NCBI GenBank assembly: GCA_965116875.1
Contig: OZ220733.1
Coordinates: 3,360,001-3,424,000, forward strand
Reading direction: 5' to 3'
From: Candidatus Latescibacterota bacterium
GTDB taxonomy: Bacteria > Latescibacterota > UBA2968 > GCA-2709665
Length of the DNA: 64,000 nucleotides
The first letter of the stretch is position 1. Every line of letters begins with the position of its first letter. Both the position numbers and the translations under genes were made by a program. Below are positions 37,951 through 47,949 of this stretch, in pieces. The notes below the pieces were generated by a model. It was not told the DNA's origin. It ran no database searches and was given only the letters and a program-made list of their open reading frames with translations.

Positions 37951-38706
37951 GTGGAAGACATGATTCTCGCTGAAATGACGTCCCCCGAGATCGACGCATT
38001 GCCGCGGGATATCGTGGTACTGATACCCGTGGCTTCGTGCGAGCAGCACAGCCTGCACCTGCCCGTGTTTACGGACAGTCTGATCGGCGGCGAAGTGGCC
38101 AGGCGGGTGCACGAGCGCTGCCCGGACGACGTACTCGTGCTGCCGGTGCAGTGGCTGGGATACTCCCGGCATCACATCCGCTATCCCGGAACGGTCAGCG
38201 CCGTTTCCGAAACGCATCTGCTCCTGATGATGGACATCGTAGCGTCGATGGTGGGGCACGGGTTCCGGAAGATCCTGATTCAGAACAGCCACGGCGGCAA
38301 CGGCGCGAATGTCTCCGTACTGCTGCAGCGGTTGATGGACCGGTACCCCGACGACGGGTTGGAGTTCTACTCGCGCTGGGCGTGGGCCTCCGGCGAAGAG
38401 CTGGACAAAATACGCCAACTGGGATCGGGAGGGTCCGGGCACGCCGGCGAAACGGAGACGTCCATGATCCTTGCGCTCCGTCCCGATCTCGTGCGCACCG
38501 ACCGGCTGGACGCCGACGGCGAGCGTGACGGCATGCGGGTGCCGGGGGTGACGTCCTACTACCGTTTCGATCAGCGCACGCGGCACGGCGGCGTTGGCGA
38601 CCCCACGGCGGCAAACGCGGAGGCCGGCGAGAGGATGCTGGACGCTTCCGCGGATGAGGTGGCCGAACACGTGAAGCAGATCCGGGACCTGAAGCCGTTC
38701 GCCTGA
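37951..38706 (+). CDS. Creatininase family protein
   Basis: EQHS.HLP..TD, NSHGGN and HAGETETS motifs. Confidence 0.92.
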   Translation: MEDMILAEMTSPEIDALPRDIVVLIPVASCEQHSLHLPVFTDSLIGGEVARRVHERCPDDVLVLPVQWLGYSRHHIRYPGTVSAVSETHLLLMMDIVASMVGHGFRKILIQNSHGGNGANVSVLLQRLMDRYPDDGLEFYSRWAWASGEELDKIRQLGSGGSGHAGETETSMILALRPDLVRTDRLDADGERDGMRVPGVTSYYRFDQRTRHGGVGDPTAANAEAGERMLDASADEVAEHVKQIRDLKPFA

Positions 38707-38812
38707 ATGGCTGAATTGGCGCCGGGCCTTGTTTGAAACGGCCGCCCACGCCATTGTCCGATGCGAACGACAGTCAGACACGAAACGTCGAAGGAACTAC
38801 GGAGGTTTTCGC

Positions 38813-39604
38813 ATGCGCAGAAACAAACTGAGTGAGCTGTTGAAGGCGGACAAGCCGAGCATTGGGACCCACGTGCACAGCCCATGGCCGACCGTAATGG
38901 AGCTCGTGGGGCTTACCGGAATGTACGACTACGTGGAATACGTGTCGGAATACGCGCCGTACGACCTGCATACGTTCGAGAACCTCGCCAGGGCGATCGA
39001 ACTCAACGATATGTCGTCCATGATCAAAGTGGAGCAGGAACCCAGATCCCACCTGGCTTCGCGCGCGATCGGCGCGGGCATACAGAATGTGCTTTTCGCC
39101 GACGTGCGGAACGTCTCAGACGCCCGCGAGTGCGTGACTGCAGTGCGCGCCGAAACGCCGAAGACGGGCGGACAGCACGGGGCGAGCATGCGACGCAACA
39201 TGGGGTTCGGGATGGCGGGCGGCCTGCCGGAGTTCGTGGATGCCATGGAAGACGTGGTCATCGCCATTATGATTGAAAAAGCGCCGGCGGTGGAGAATCT
39301 GGAGGCGATCCTGGCCGTGGGCGGCCTGGATATGGTACAGTTCGGCCCGGGAGACTTTTCGATGAGTATCGGCCATCCGGGTGAATACGGAAACGAGAGG
39401 GTCAGGGAGGCGGAGAAATTCGTCATCGAGACGTCATTGAAAATGGGCGTTGCGCCGCGGGCGGAGATCAACGCGCCGGACCAGGCGAAGCGCTATCTGG
39501 ATATGGGCGTGAAACACTTCTGCATCGGTACGGACGTCAGTATTTTGATGGACTGGTTCCGCACAAATGGTGAGGAAATGCGGCGGGTGCTGGACGGCGC
39601 GTAA
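38813..39604 (+). CDS. HpcH/HpaI aldolase family protein
   Basis: IMIEK..AVENLEAIL and FGPGDFSMSIG; GGAGG RBS. Confidence 0.88.
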   Translation: MRRNKLSELLKADKPSIGTHVHSPWPTVMELVGLTGMYDYVEYVSEYAPYDLHTFENLARAIELNDMSSMIKVEQEPRSHLASRAIGAGIQNVLFADVRNVSDARECVTAVRAETPKTGGQHGASMRRNMGFGMAGGLPEFVDAMEDVVIAIMIEKAPAVENLEAILAVGGLDMVQFGPGDFSMSIGHPGEYGNERVREAEKFVIETSLKMGVAPRAEINAPDQAKRYLDMGVKHFCIGTDVSILMDWFRTNGEEMRRVLDGA

Positions 39605-39697
39605 TGGTGGATACGGTTCGCGGGCGATACACCAGGCAGTACCCATTCAACAGGTCTGCAGCCGGTGCGTTGCGGGCCGGAGGGAGGCGAGATACTG

Positions 39698-40753
39698 ATG
39701 GCAACGGAATCAACCGATAACGGCCGGTCGGACCCTCACGGTCTCTGGGACAAGGACAGCCCCCGCATGCACGTGGGTACGCAGCGGTTCGACACAACGG
39801 ACGAGCACCTGGCGTTTCTCGCGCGCCACGGCGTGAACAATATGGCCGCAAACGACATCACCTTCCACCGCGACCGGGGCTGGGATGCGGAGGAGCTTGC
39901 GGCAAAGCGCGAAAAGTGCGCTTCCTACGGCGTGGACCTGGAGATGGTGGCGCTGCCTCTTCATCAGTTCAACGAAGACGGTGGATCGGTGCCCAACTAC
40001 ATGCTGGGGAATTGGAAGAAGGGAGAGAAGGAGATCGATCGCGTATGCAGGATGGTGCGGGCGACTTCCGAAGCAGGGATTCCCGCCATCAAGTATTTCC
40101 TGTGCGAAATGGAGAACCAGCGAACGGAAAGCGTTCCTCCCGGCCGCGGGGGCGTCCGGTATTCCACCTGGGATCTCTCGAAGGCAGACGCCGATACGCC
40201 GCGGTACGACAAACCCGTGACCGCCGAAGAGAACTGGGAACGTGTCACGTTTTTCCTGGAGCGCGTAATTCCCGTTGCGGAGGAGTGCAAGGTCCGTATG
40301 GCCTGCCATCCCTGCGACCCGTGGTTGCCGCCGGGATACAAAGGCGTGGACCGGGTCCTGGGCGGGGCCGAGGGTTTCAAGCGGTTTATCGAAATCTGTC
40401 CCAGTCCGTATCACGGCCTGAATCTCTGCCTGGGCTGCATGGCCGAGAGTGTGGAGGATCCCGCCACGGAGGTACCGGACATCATCCGCTATTTCGGCGA
40501 ACGGAAGAAGATCCACCTGATCCACTATCGGAATATCTTCGGCGGCCGCAACAGGTTCCAGGAAGTTTGGCCCGACGAGGGCGACATGAACATGTACACG
40601 CTGATGCAGGCGCTGAAAGACGTCGGATATCCGCACATGGTCGTGCCGGACCACGCCCCGGGCCACGGCGCGCCGGGGAGTTTCGAACAGGCGTTCGCCT
40701 TTCAGTTCGGCTATATCAAGGCGATGATGCAGGCCGTGCTCTCCCCGGCGTGA
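39698..40753 (+). CDS. Mannonate dehydratase (UxuA)-like protein
   Basis: FLERVIPVAEE, HPCDP, IHYRN, DEGD and PDH.P motifs. Confidence 0.85.
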   Translation: MATESTDNGRSDPHGLWDKDSPRMHVGTQRFDTTDEHLAFLARHGVNNMAANDITFHRDRGWDAEELAAKREKCASYGVDLEMVALPLHQFNEDGGSVPNYMLGNWKKGEKEIDRVCRMVRATSEAGIPAIKYFLCEMENQRTESVPPGRGGVRYSTWDLSKADADTPRYDKPVTAEENWERVTFFLERVIPVAEECKVRMACHPCDPWLPPGYKGVDRVLGGAEGFKRFIEICPSPYHGLNLCLGCMAESVEDPATEVPDIIRYFGERKKIHLIHYRNIFGGRNRFQEVWPDEGDMNMYTLMQALKDVGYPHMVVPDHAPGHGAPGSFEQAFAFQFGYIKAMMQAVLSPA

Positions 40754-40861
40754 GCGCTCGCGTGTGTTTGCGAATCCAGTTGCGCAGTCCGATACGCCCC
40801 GCGAGCGGGCGCATGAGAGACAATCTTCGACGGCGGAAAAACGCGCGTCTCCGGAGTCGAG

Positions 40862-41203
40862 ATGAAGTTCGATACGAGCCTGTTTGACCAGGCACTCAGG
40901 AAACGAAGAGAGAAGCGAAGCCGCGAGAGAAGGGAATGCCTGGATACGGTTACGGGGACCCTCCACCGTGTCCGGAGTCAATACGACATTCGCGAGGCGT
41001 ACGTAACGGGTTCACTTATCGTCGAGTATCGATGGAATGAGGATTCCGACGTGGACGTGGCCGTCGGCGGTTGTTCAGGATCCGTCCTCGACGTCATGAA
41101 GGCGCTGGAAGATGCCACCGGAAAGGTTGTGGATGTCATCGATCTGGACGCCCATCCAAATCCTGGCGCCGTCAGGGACAGGGGATTGACGGTCTATGGA
41201 TGA
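40862..41203 (+). CDS. Minimal nucleotidyltransferase (MNT) antitoxin
   Basis: GS...SDVDVAV and VDVIDLD motifs. Confidence 0.88.
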   Translation: MKFDTSLFDQALRKRREKRSRERRECLDTVTGTLHRVRSQYDIREAYVTGSLIVEYRWNEDSDVDVAVGGCSGSVLDVMKALEDATGKVVDVIDLDAHPNPGAVRDRGLTVYG

Positions 41204-41657
41204 AGCCGGGATTGCCATACTGAAGGCTGAAGTCGATTCGCGCCAGCGTGATATCGATGCCATTTACGATCGGATCGAAAACAGACGGGGAACATTCCGT
41301 GAATCGGTCGAAGGCGTCGACAGTATGGCCTATCAGATTCACAACCTCTATTCCGCTTTTGAGCAACTCTTTGAGACGGTTGCGCGTTTTTTCGAAAACC
41401 GCCTTGAGGAGGAGCGGTATCACGTCGACCTCCTGCGCCGAATGCGGCTTGATATCGACGGCGTCAGACCTGCCCTGGTATCCGACGAAGCCTTCGTTCT
41501 GCTGGATGAGTTGCGTCGATTCAGGCATCTGTTCAGGCACGCGTACACAGTCGACATGAAGCCGGAAAACCTTGCGGATCTTCTCTCGAAGGCCGAACGG
41601 TTGAGACCGGTTCACCTCCGGGATGTGGCGGAATTCCTGGGTCGGATAGCGCGATAG
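41196..41657 (+). CDS. HEPN (HepT-like) ribonuclease toxin
   Basis: HNLYSAFE and LDELRRFRHLFRHAY (R-x4-H) motifs; overlaps the MNT gene. Confidence 0.88.
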   Translation: MDEAGIAILKAEVDSRQRDIDAIYDRIENRRGTFRESVEGVDSMAYQIHNLYSAFEQLFETVARFFENRLEEERYHVDLLRRMRLDIDGVRPALVSDEAFVLLDELRRFRHLFRHAYTVDMKPENLADLLSKAERLRPVHLRDVAEFLGRIAR

Positions 41658-41671
41658 GAAGCGTCGTTCGG

Positions 41672-42523
41672 ATGCACGCGCGCGTGGGCGACCGCAGGGT
41701 GCAATTGAGGATATGTCATGTGGAGGACGCGGTGAGTTTGTTTTCACTGGAAGGACGTGTCGCGCTGGTGACGGGCGCGGGCCGGGGGATCGGGCAGGGC
41801 GTTGTGAAGGGCCTCGCGGCTCACGGCGCCAGGTGCGTTTGCGCGGCCAGGACCCGCTCCCAGTTGGAGGAAACCGCAGCGGCGATCCGGGCGGCGGGAG
41901 GCGACGCGCTGGCCGTGGAAATGGATATGGCAGACCTGGAGGGTGTTAAGCGCGGCGTGGAAACGACCCTTGACCACTATGGCCAGATCGACATTCTGGT
42001 GAACAACGCCGGGATGAACGTCCGGCAGCCGCTGGAAGAGGTCACCGAGGAACATTACGACCGGATTATGGCTGTCAATCTGAAGGGACTCTTTTTCCTG
42101 ACACGGATGGCCGCCGAACATATGATCCCGCGGAAACAGGGCAAGATCATCAACATCGGCTCCCTGACCACGGGAGTCGCCCTGCACGGCGTGTCGGTCT
42201 ATACGGCCACCAAGGGCGCCGTCGGACAGTTGACGAAGGCGCAGGCGCTGGAGCTGGGCCCGCATCATATCCAGGTGAACGCGATCTGTCCCGGTTTCAT
42301 TCTGACGCCGCTCACCGAAAAGCTGTGGTCCGACCCGACGATGCGGGCGTGGGGCGAGGGCCGGACTCCGGCCGGGCGGCTGGGCGTACCGGACGACCTG
42401 GTGGGAACCGCCGTGTTTCTGGCATCCGCGGCTTCGGACTACGTAACCGGCCAGCACATCTACGTGGACGGCGGCTTCATGGCCGGCGAGAAGTGGCCGC
42501 TGCCGCCGAAGGCGGGTCAATAG
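41672..42523 (+). CDS. SDR oxidoreductase (gluconate 5-dehydrogenase-like)
   Basis: TGAGRGIG, NNAG and YTATK motifs; real start probably near 41732. Confidence 0.92.
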   Translation: MHARVGDRRVQLRICHVEDAVSLFSLEGRVALVTGAGRGIGQGVVKGLAAHGARCVCAARTRSQLEETAAAIRAAGGDALAVEMDMADLEGVKRGVETTLDHYGQIDILVNNAGMNVRQPLEEVTEEHYDRIMAVNLKGLFFLTRMAAEHMIPRKQGKIINIGSLTTGVALHGVSVYTATKGAVGQLTKAQALELGPHHIQVNAICPGFILTPLTEKLWSDPTMRAWGEGRTPAGRLGVPDDLVGTAVFLASAASDYVTGQHIYVDGGFMAGEKWPLPPKAGQ

Positions 42524-43174
42524 ATGGATGCCGACAGGCTTGAGCAACAGATCGCCTTTATCCTCGAGGTCGACAAGCTGAAGCAGGTGCTCCGGCGGAC
42601 GTACCTGATGGACGGTAAACGACGGGAGAACAGTGCGGAGCATTCGTGGCACCTGGCCGTGATGGCCGTACTGCTGTTGGAATACGCACGAGAAGAGGTG
42701 GATCTCGCGAGAGTTGTGAAAATGCTGCTGCTTCACGACGTCGTTGAGATTGACGCCGGAGATACCTTCGCCTACGACGAGGCGGCCCACGCCGACAAGA
42801 ACGAAAGGGAGCGGCGCGCCGCCGAGCGGATCTTCAACCTGCTTCCGGCCGAAATGGCGGGAGAGGTGTTCGCGTTGTGGGAGGAATTCGAGGCGGGCGC
42901 GACGCCCGAGGCGAAATACGCCGAAGCGTTGGACCGGTTTCAGCCGATCCTGCTGAACCACGGATCAGGCGGGATCGCGTGGCGGGAGCACGGAATCAGT
43001 TCGGAGCAGGTGATTGCGCGGAATCGACATATCGAATTGGGGGCGCCTGCCCTGTGGACGTACGTCCGCGGGTTGATCGACCGGGCCGAGAGCGCGGGTA
43101 CCTTGCGTCGGGAGCGTGATCGTGCGGAAGGCGAACGCCCCCCGGTCGGGCGGGACAGGACGGGACAGACCTGA
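42524..43174 (+). CDS. HD-domain hydrolase
   Basis: ENSAEHSWH, LHDVVEIDAGD and LWEEFE motifs. Confidence 0.92.
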   Translation: MDADRLEQQIAFILEVDKLKQVLRRTYLMDGKRRENSAEHSWHLAVMAVLLLEYAREEVDLARVVKMLLLHDVVEIDAGDTFAYDEAAHADKNERERRAAERIFNLLPAEMAGEVFALWEEFEAGATPEAKYAEALDRFQPILLNHGSGGIAWREHGISSEQVIARNRHIELGAPALWTYVRGLIDRAESAGTLRRERDRAEGERPPVGRDRTGQT

Positions 43175-43189
43175 CAGGAGGATCGGGAT

Positions 43190-44251
43190 ATGACACAACA
43201 GCAGATGGAATCGATGTGGTTTTACGTGGGCGGCGCCGGAATCTCGGTCTACCGTCTGGACCTTTCCACCGGGGACCTGGCGCACCGGAGTACGGTTTCG
43301 GAAGTGAAGAATCCTTCATTCCAGGCCATCCATCCGTCGAATCGGTTCCTTTACTCTGTAGCGGAAGTCAACGACGGCGGCGCGATATACGCGTTTGCGA
43401 TCGATCCGTCCACGGGTGCGTTGCGCTCGCTGAACCATCAGTCCTGCATGGGCGCGGGTCCCTGCCACGTGAGCGTGGACGCAACCGGACGAGTCGTGCT
43501 GGCGGCCAACTATTCCAGCGGCGGCGTGTCGGCGCTGCCCATCATGGAAGACGGCAGCCTGGGCGAGGCCACTTCCTTCTTTCAGCACGAGGGTTCCAGC
43601 GTGAATCCGGGCAGGCAGCAGGGGCCGCACGCGCATTCCATCACCATCGATCCTGGCAATCGATTCGCCGTCTCGGCAGATCTGGGAATCGATAAAGTGC
43701 TGGTGTACCGGCTGGATGCGGAGAAGCAGACGATAACGCCCAACGATCCGCCATGGGTGGACGTTCAGGCGGGCGCCGGACCCAGGCACTTCGCGTTTCA
43801 TCCCAACCGGAAACACGCCTATCTGATCAACGAGCTGGACAATACGGTCGTGGCGTACGCGTACGATGAAGATCGCGGGATCCTGGAGACCGAGCAGGTG
43901 ATTTCCACGTTACCCTCGGAATTCACCGATACCAGCTATTGCGCGGATATCCACGTGTCGTCGGACGGCCGCTTCGTGTACGGCTCGAACCGGGGGCACG
44001 ACAGCATCGTAATCTTCGAAGTCGACTCCGGTACCGGGAGGCTCTCGATTGTGGACTACGAATCAACCCGGGGCGAGTTTCCGCGCAATTTCGCGCTGGA
44101 TCCTTCGAGGCGGTTCCTGTTCGCCGCCAACCAGAATACGGACAATATCGTCACGTACCGGATCGACGCTCAGTCGGGGAGACTCACCGCGACCGGCCAT
44201 CAGGTGGAGACTCCGCAGCCGGTGTGCATCAACATGATCCCTGCCGGATAA
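43190..44251 (+). CDS. 6-phosphogluconolactonase-type lactonase (beta-propeller)
   Basis: ANY, HAH, DLGID, GPRH, SNRGHD and PRNF motifs. Confidence 0.92.
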   Translation: MTQQQMESMWFYVGGAGISVYRLDLSTGDLAHRSTVSEVKNPSFQAIHPSNRFLYSVAEVNDGGAIYAFAIDPSTGALRSLNHQSCMGAGPCHVSVDATGRVVLAANYSSGGVSALPIMEDGSLGEATSFFQHEGSSVNPGRQQGPHAHSITIDPGNRFAVSADLGIDKVLVYRLDAEKQTITPNDPPWVDVQAGAGPRHFAFHPNRKHAYLINELDNTVVAYAYDEDRGILETEQVISTLPSEFTDTSYCADIHVSSDGRFVYGSNRGHDSIVIFEVDSGTGRLSIVDYESTRGEFPRNFALDPSRRFLFAANQNTDNIVTYRIDAQSGRLTATGHQVETPQPVCINMIPAG

Positions 44252-44431
44252 CGGTCCGCGAGCCTTACGTACCGATGCCTCACGCCTTGAATTCCCTTTT
44301 CTGGCTGAGGCATTTTCTGTATATACGGTTGAGTCGGTTGCACCGTTGTGGTTAGATTCCGATCGGGACCGGTCCCTTGAGTGATTGAGACACTTCCGCG
44401 TCGGCCGTGTGAATCGATCTCTCAGGAATGA

Positions 44432-46006
44432 GTGTTGCCCATGAACATCGGCATGCTGCTCACGAAATCCGCGCGCACGTATCCGCGGAACCTGGCCGTG
44501 GCGTGCGGTCCCATGCGATGGACCTACGCCCGGTTCAACGAACGCGTGAACCGCCTGGCGCACGCGTTTCTCAGGCTCGGCGTCCGCCGCGGCGACCACG
44601 TCGCCATTCTCATGCAGAACCTCCCCGAAATGCTGGAGTCCATGTTCGCCTGCTTCAAGACCGGCGCCGCGGCCGTGCCGATCAATTTCCGCCTGCATCC
44701 CAATGAATACGCGTTCGTCATCGATCATTCGGAATCCGAACTGGTTGTTATCTCTTCCGAATTCAACGCGCCGATTTCGCGGATCAGGGATCGCCTGCCC
44801 CGTGTCAGGCACGTCGTCACCCTGGCGGACGCAAGCGAGGGAACACTCGACTATGAGACGTTGATTCGCGCCGAAAGCGCCGGATTCGAAGATGCGGACG
44901 TGGATCCCGGTGACGTGGCCTGGGTGTTCTACACCTCCGGAACCACGGCCCAGCCCAAGGGTGCGCTCCTGACGCACCGCAATCTGCTGGCGATGACGAT
45001 GAACTTCTATTCGGACATCTGCCAGGGCTTCGGTCCGGAGGATGTGGCCCTCCACGCGGCGCCCCTGTCGCACGGAAGCGGCCTGTATGCCCTGCCCAAC
45101 GTCGGCAAGGCGGCGGCGAACATAATCCCGGAGACTGTTTCGTTCGATGTCGAAAGGGTCCTGGAGGCGATTGAGAATTACCGGGTCACGAACATGTTCG
45201 CGGCGCCGACGATGGTCAAACGGATGGCCGAAAGCCCCGCGCTGCAACGGTACGACCTTCGATCACTCAGAATACTCAACTATGGTGGCGGACCGATGCT
45301 GGCCGAAGACCTGCGGGTTGCCGTTGAAAAGCTGGGACCGTGCCTCGTGCAGCTGTACGGCCAGGGCGAATCTCCAATGACGATCACCTTCCTGCCACAC
45401 CGCGACCACGTCCTGAACGGCACCCCGCAACAGATGAAGCGCCTCAGTTCGGTGGGGTATGCGCGTACCGACGTCGAAATCAGGATCCTGGACGAAGAGG
45501 ACGACGAACTCCCGCCGGGAGACGTCGGCCAGATCGTGACGCGGTCCGACCTTGTCATGAAGGGATACTGGCGCAATCCCCAGGCCACCGCGGCCGCACT
45601 GAAAGGCGGCTGGCTTCATACAGGCGACGTGGGATATATGGACGAAAACGGCTACGTCTTCCTGCTCGACCGCTCCAAAGACCTGATCATCAGCGGCGGC
45701 GAGAACATCTACCCCCGCGAGATCGAAGAGGTGCTTATCCGGCATCCGGCCGTATTCGAGGTTGCGGTCATCGGCGTGCCCGATTCCGAGTGGGGAGAGG
45801 CCGTCAAGGCGGTCGTGGTCAAAACGCCCGGGCGCGACGTGTCCGGTGAGGATCTGATCGACTTCTGCAGGGGCAGGATCGCCAGCTTCAAGAAACCCGG
45901 TTCCGTGGATTTCGTCGACGAGCTGCCCAGGAACAACTACGGCAAGGTCGTCAAAAACGTGATCAGGGCGCCGTACTGGGGTGGAAGGGAAAGCAGGGTA
46001 ATCTAA
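44432..46006 (+). CDS. AMP-binding acyl-CoA synthetase
   Basis: YTSGTT..PKG, YGQGE, LHTGD and [10 protein letters not shown] motifs. Confidence 0.93.
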   Translation: MLPMNIGMLLTKSARTYPRNLAVACGPMRWTYARFNERVNRLAHAFLRLGVRRGDHVAILMQNLPEMLESMFACFKTGAAAVPINFRLHPNEYAFVIDHSESELVVISSEFNAPISRIRDRLPRVRHVVTLADASEGTLDYETLIRAESAGFEDADVDPGDVAWVFYTSGTTAQPKGALLTHRNLLAMTMNFYSDICQGFGPEDVALHAAPLSHGSGLYALPNVGKAAANIIPETVSFDVERVLEAIENYRVTNMFAAPTMVKRMAESPALQRYDLRSLRILNYGGGPMLAEDLRVAVEKLGPCLVQLYGQGESPMTITFLPHRDHVLNGTPQQMKRLSSVGYARTDVEIRILDEEDDELPPGDVGQIVTRSDLVMKGYWRNPQATAAALKGGWLHTGDVGYMDENGYVFLLDRSKDLIISGGENIYPREIEEVLIRHPAVFEVAVIGVPDSEWGEAVKAVVVKTPGRDVSGEDLIDFCRGRIASFKKPGSVDFVDELPRNNYGKVVKNVIRAPYWGGRESRVI

Positions 46007-46032
46007 AGGAATACCCCGATGCGATTGGGGCC

Positions 46033-47316
46033 GTGTTGAGGCGGTATTCGATGGTCAGGAAACGTAAACTCGGACGTGGTGTTGCCATGGTGGGCGCCGG
46101 CATGTCTCCATTCGGCATGTTCCGGGAAAAGGACTCCACGGACCTGTTCGTGGACGCCTTTCGCGCGATGATCGCATCGGTGGACAAAGGCGTGGATCCC
46201 GGCGATATCGATGCGCTGTATATCGGCAATTTTACAAACGACTTCTTCGTGCGTCAGGCCCACTGGGGCGCCATCCTCGTCGACGCGCTGGGTCTGGTTC
46301 CCATACCGTCGACCCGCACGGAAGGCGCATGCGCCTCCAGCGCGATCGCCTTCCGCGAAGGCGTGTTCGCAATTGCGTCGGGATTTTACGATATGGTCCT
46401 GGTCGGCGGCGTGGAGGATATGTCGAAGCGCTCCACGGCCGACGTGGCGGAGGGCCTGGCGTCCGCGGCGGTACCCTGTGAGCGGAAGTCAGGCTTTACC
46501 TTTCCGGGCGTATTCGGGGCGATCGCAACGGCCTATTTCCACAGGTACGGGGCCACGCGCGAGCACCTGATGGACGTCACCATAAAAAGCCATGAGAACG
46601 CGCCGCTGAATCCGAAAGCGCAGTTCCGCGCTTCGATCGCCGATATTATGGAATCGAAGGTGGAGCGCGCGAAAGCGAACGGAAACCCGGTCCCCCCCTG
46701 GGCGGATGAAAAGGACTTCCTGCGCGACCCCGGCGTCAACCCGCCGGTCGCCTGGCCGATGCATCTGTTCGATTGCTGCCCCATCAGCGACGGCGCCGGC
46801 TGCATTCTGCTGGTGGGCGAAGAGATGGCCAGGGAATTTACAGACGATCCCCTCTACGTGGTGGGCCTCGGCCAGGGCAGCGGCAGGGGGCTCCATGCCG
46901 CGCCGGAATTGACGAGCTTCGAGGCCACGGGCCGGGCCGCACGGGAAGCCTATGACATGGCGGACCTCGGTCCCGCGGACATACAGTTCGCCGAGGTGCA
47001 CGATTGCTTTTCCATCGCGGAGATCCTGCACGTCGAGGATCTCGGCTTCTTCGGACCGGGCGAGGGATACAGGGCCGCAGGCGACGGCGCGACCCGGTTG
47101 GATGGGCCGAAGCCGATCAACACGTCGGGCGGGCTGAAATGCAAGGGGCATCCCGTGGGCGCGACGGGAATCGCGCAGTTGATCGAAGTATGGGAACAGC
47201 TGAGGCAACGGGCCGGCGGCAGGCAGGTGCCGAACGGCGATCTGCGGCTGGGCGCGGCCCATAACCTTGGGGGCACGGGCGGCACAAGTACGTTTACGAT
47301 CCTGGAAAGGCGATAG
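46033..47316 (+). CDS. SCP2-type thiolase domain protein
   Basis: EGACASS, HDCF and GHPVGATG motifs. Confidence 0.9.
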   Translation: MLRRYSMVRKRKLGRGVAMVGAGMSPFGMFREKDSTDLFVDAFRAMIASVDKGVDPGDIDALYIGNFTNDFFVRQAHWGAILVDALGLVPIPSTRTEGACASSAIAFREGVFAIASGFYDMVLVGGVEDMSKRSTADVAEGLASAAVPCERKSGFTFPGVFGAIATAYFHRYGATREHLMDVTIKSHENAPLNPKAQFRASIADIMESKVERAKANGNPVPPWADEKDFLRDPGVNPPVAWPMHLFDCCPISDGAGCILLVGEEMAREFTDDPLYVVGLGQGSGRGLHAAPELTSFEATGRAAREAYDMADLGPADIQFAEVHDCFSIAEILHVEDLGFFGPGEGYRAAGDGATRLDGPKPINTSGGLKCKGHPVGATGIAQLIEVWEQLRQRAGGRQVPNGDLRLGAAHNLGGTGGTSTFTILERR

Positions 47317-47319
47317 GAA

Positions 47320-47754
47320 GTGACAACCCCCCCGATCAGCGATTACGGGTTCGAAGCGTTCCTCGGCGAAGAAAAACTGATGGGATCGGCGTGCGCTCGA
47401 TGCGGGGACACGTGCGTTCCGCCGCGTCCGCTGTGCTCGGAGTGTCATCACACGGAAATGACGTGGATCCGGATGAAGGGCGCCGGCAGGCTCGTCGCCC
47501 TGACAAGCATATCCATAGGCCCGCCCGCCATGCAGATGGAGGGCTTCAATCGAAACAACCCGTATTGTACCGGCGTTGTCGAACTGGACGAGGGCCCGAG
47601 GGTCGTCGCCCGCATTGAAGACGTCGACGCGCGGAATCCGGAATCCATCGAGATCGGCATGCCGGTAACCGCGGTCTACCTGCATCGCGGCGAGGGCGAA
47701 GACCGTAAAACGCAGTTGGCCTTTCGGCCCGGATCCGCTGACGACATTAAATGA
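47320..47754 (+). CDS. DUF35 Zn-ribbon/OB-fold protein
   Basis: C..CG....PPR..C..C, VELDEG and IGMPV motifs; directly follows the thiolase. Confidence 0.9.
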   Translation: MTTPPISDYGFEAFLGEEKLMGSACARCGDTCVPPRPLCSECHHTEMTWIRMKGAGRLVALTSISIGPPAMQMEGFNRNNPYCTGVVELDEGPRVVARIEDVDARNPESIEIGMPVTAVYLHRGEGEDRKTQLAFRPGSADDIK

Positions 47755-47949
47755 AGGGAAACAATTGCGGCGGCCCGTACGCATGGTTATATTAGCACGT
47801 TTGTCTGTCCACAACGGGACCACGTTGTGCGTCTTCATACGGCGACGGGTTATGACGCGGCTCCGGGAATGGTCGTCAGACCGGCTGACGCCCGCGTTCC
47901 AAACGGGAGGGTCCCATCCCGGATCCGGCAAAAGAGGAGACATACGGAT

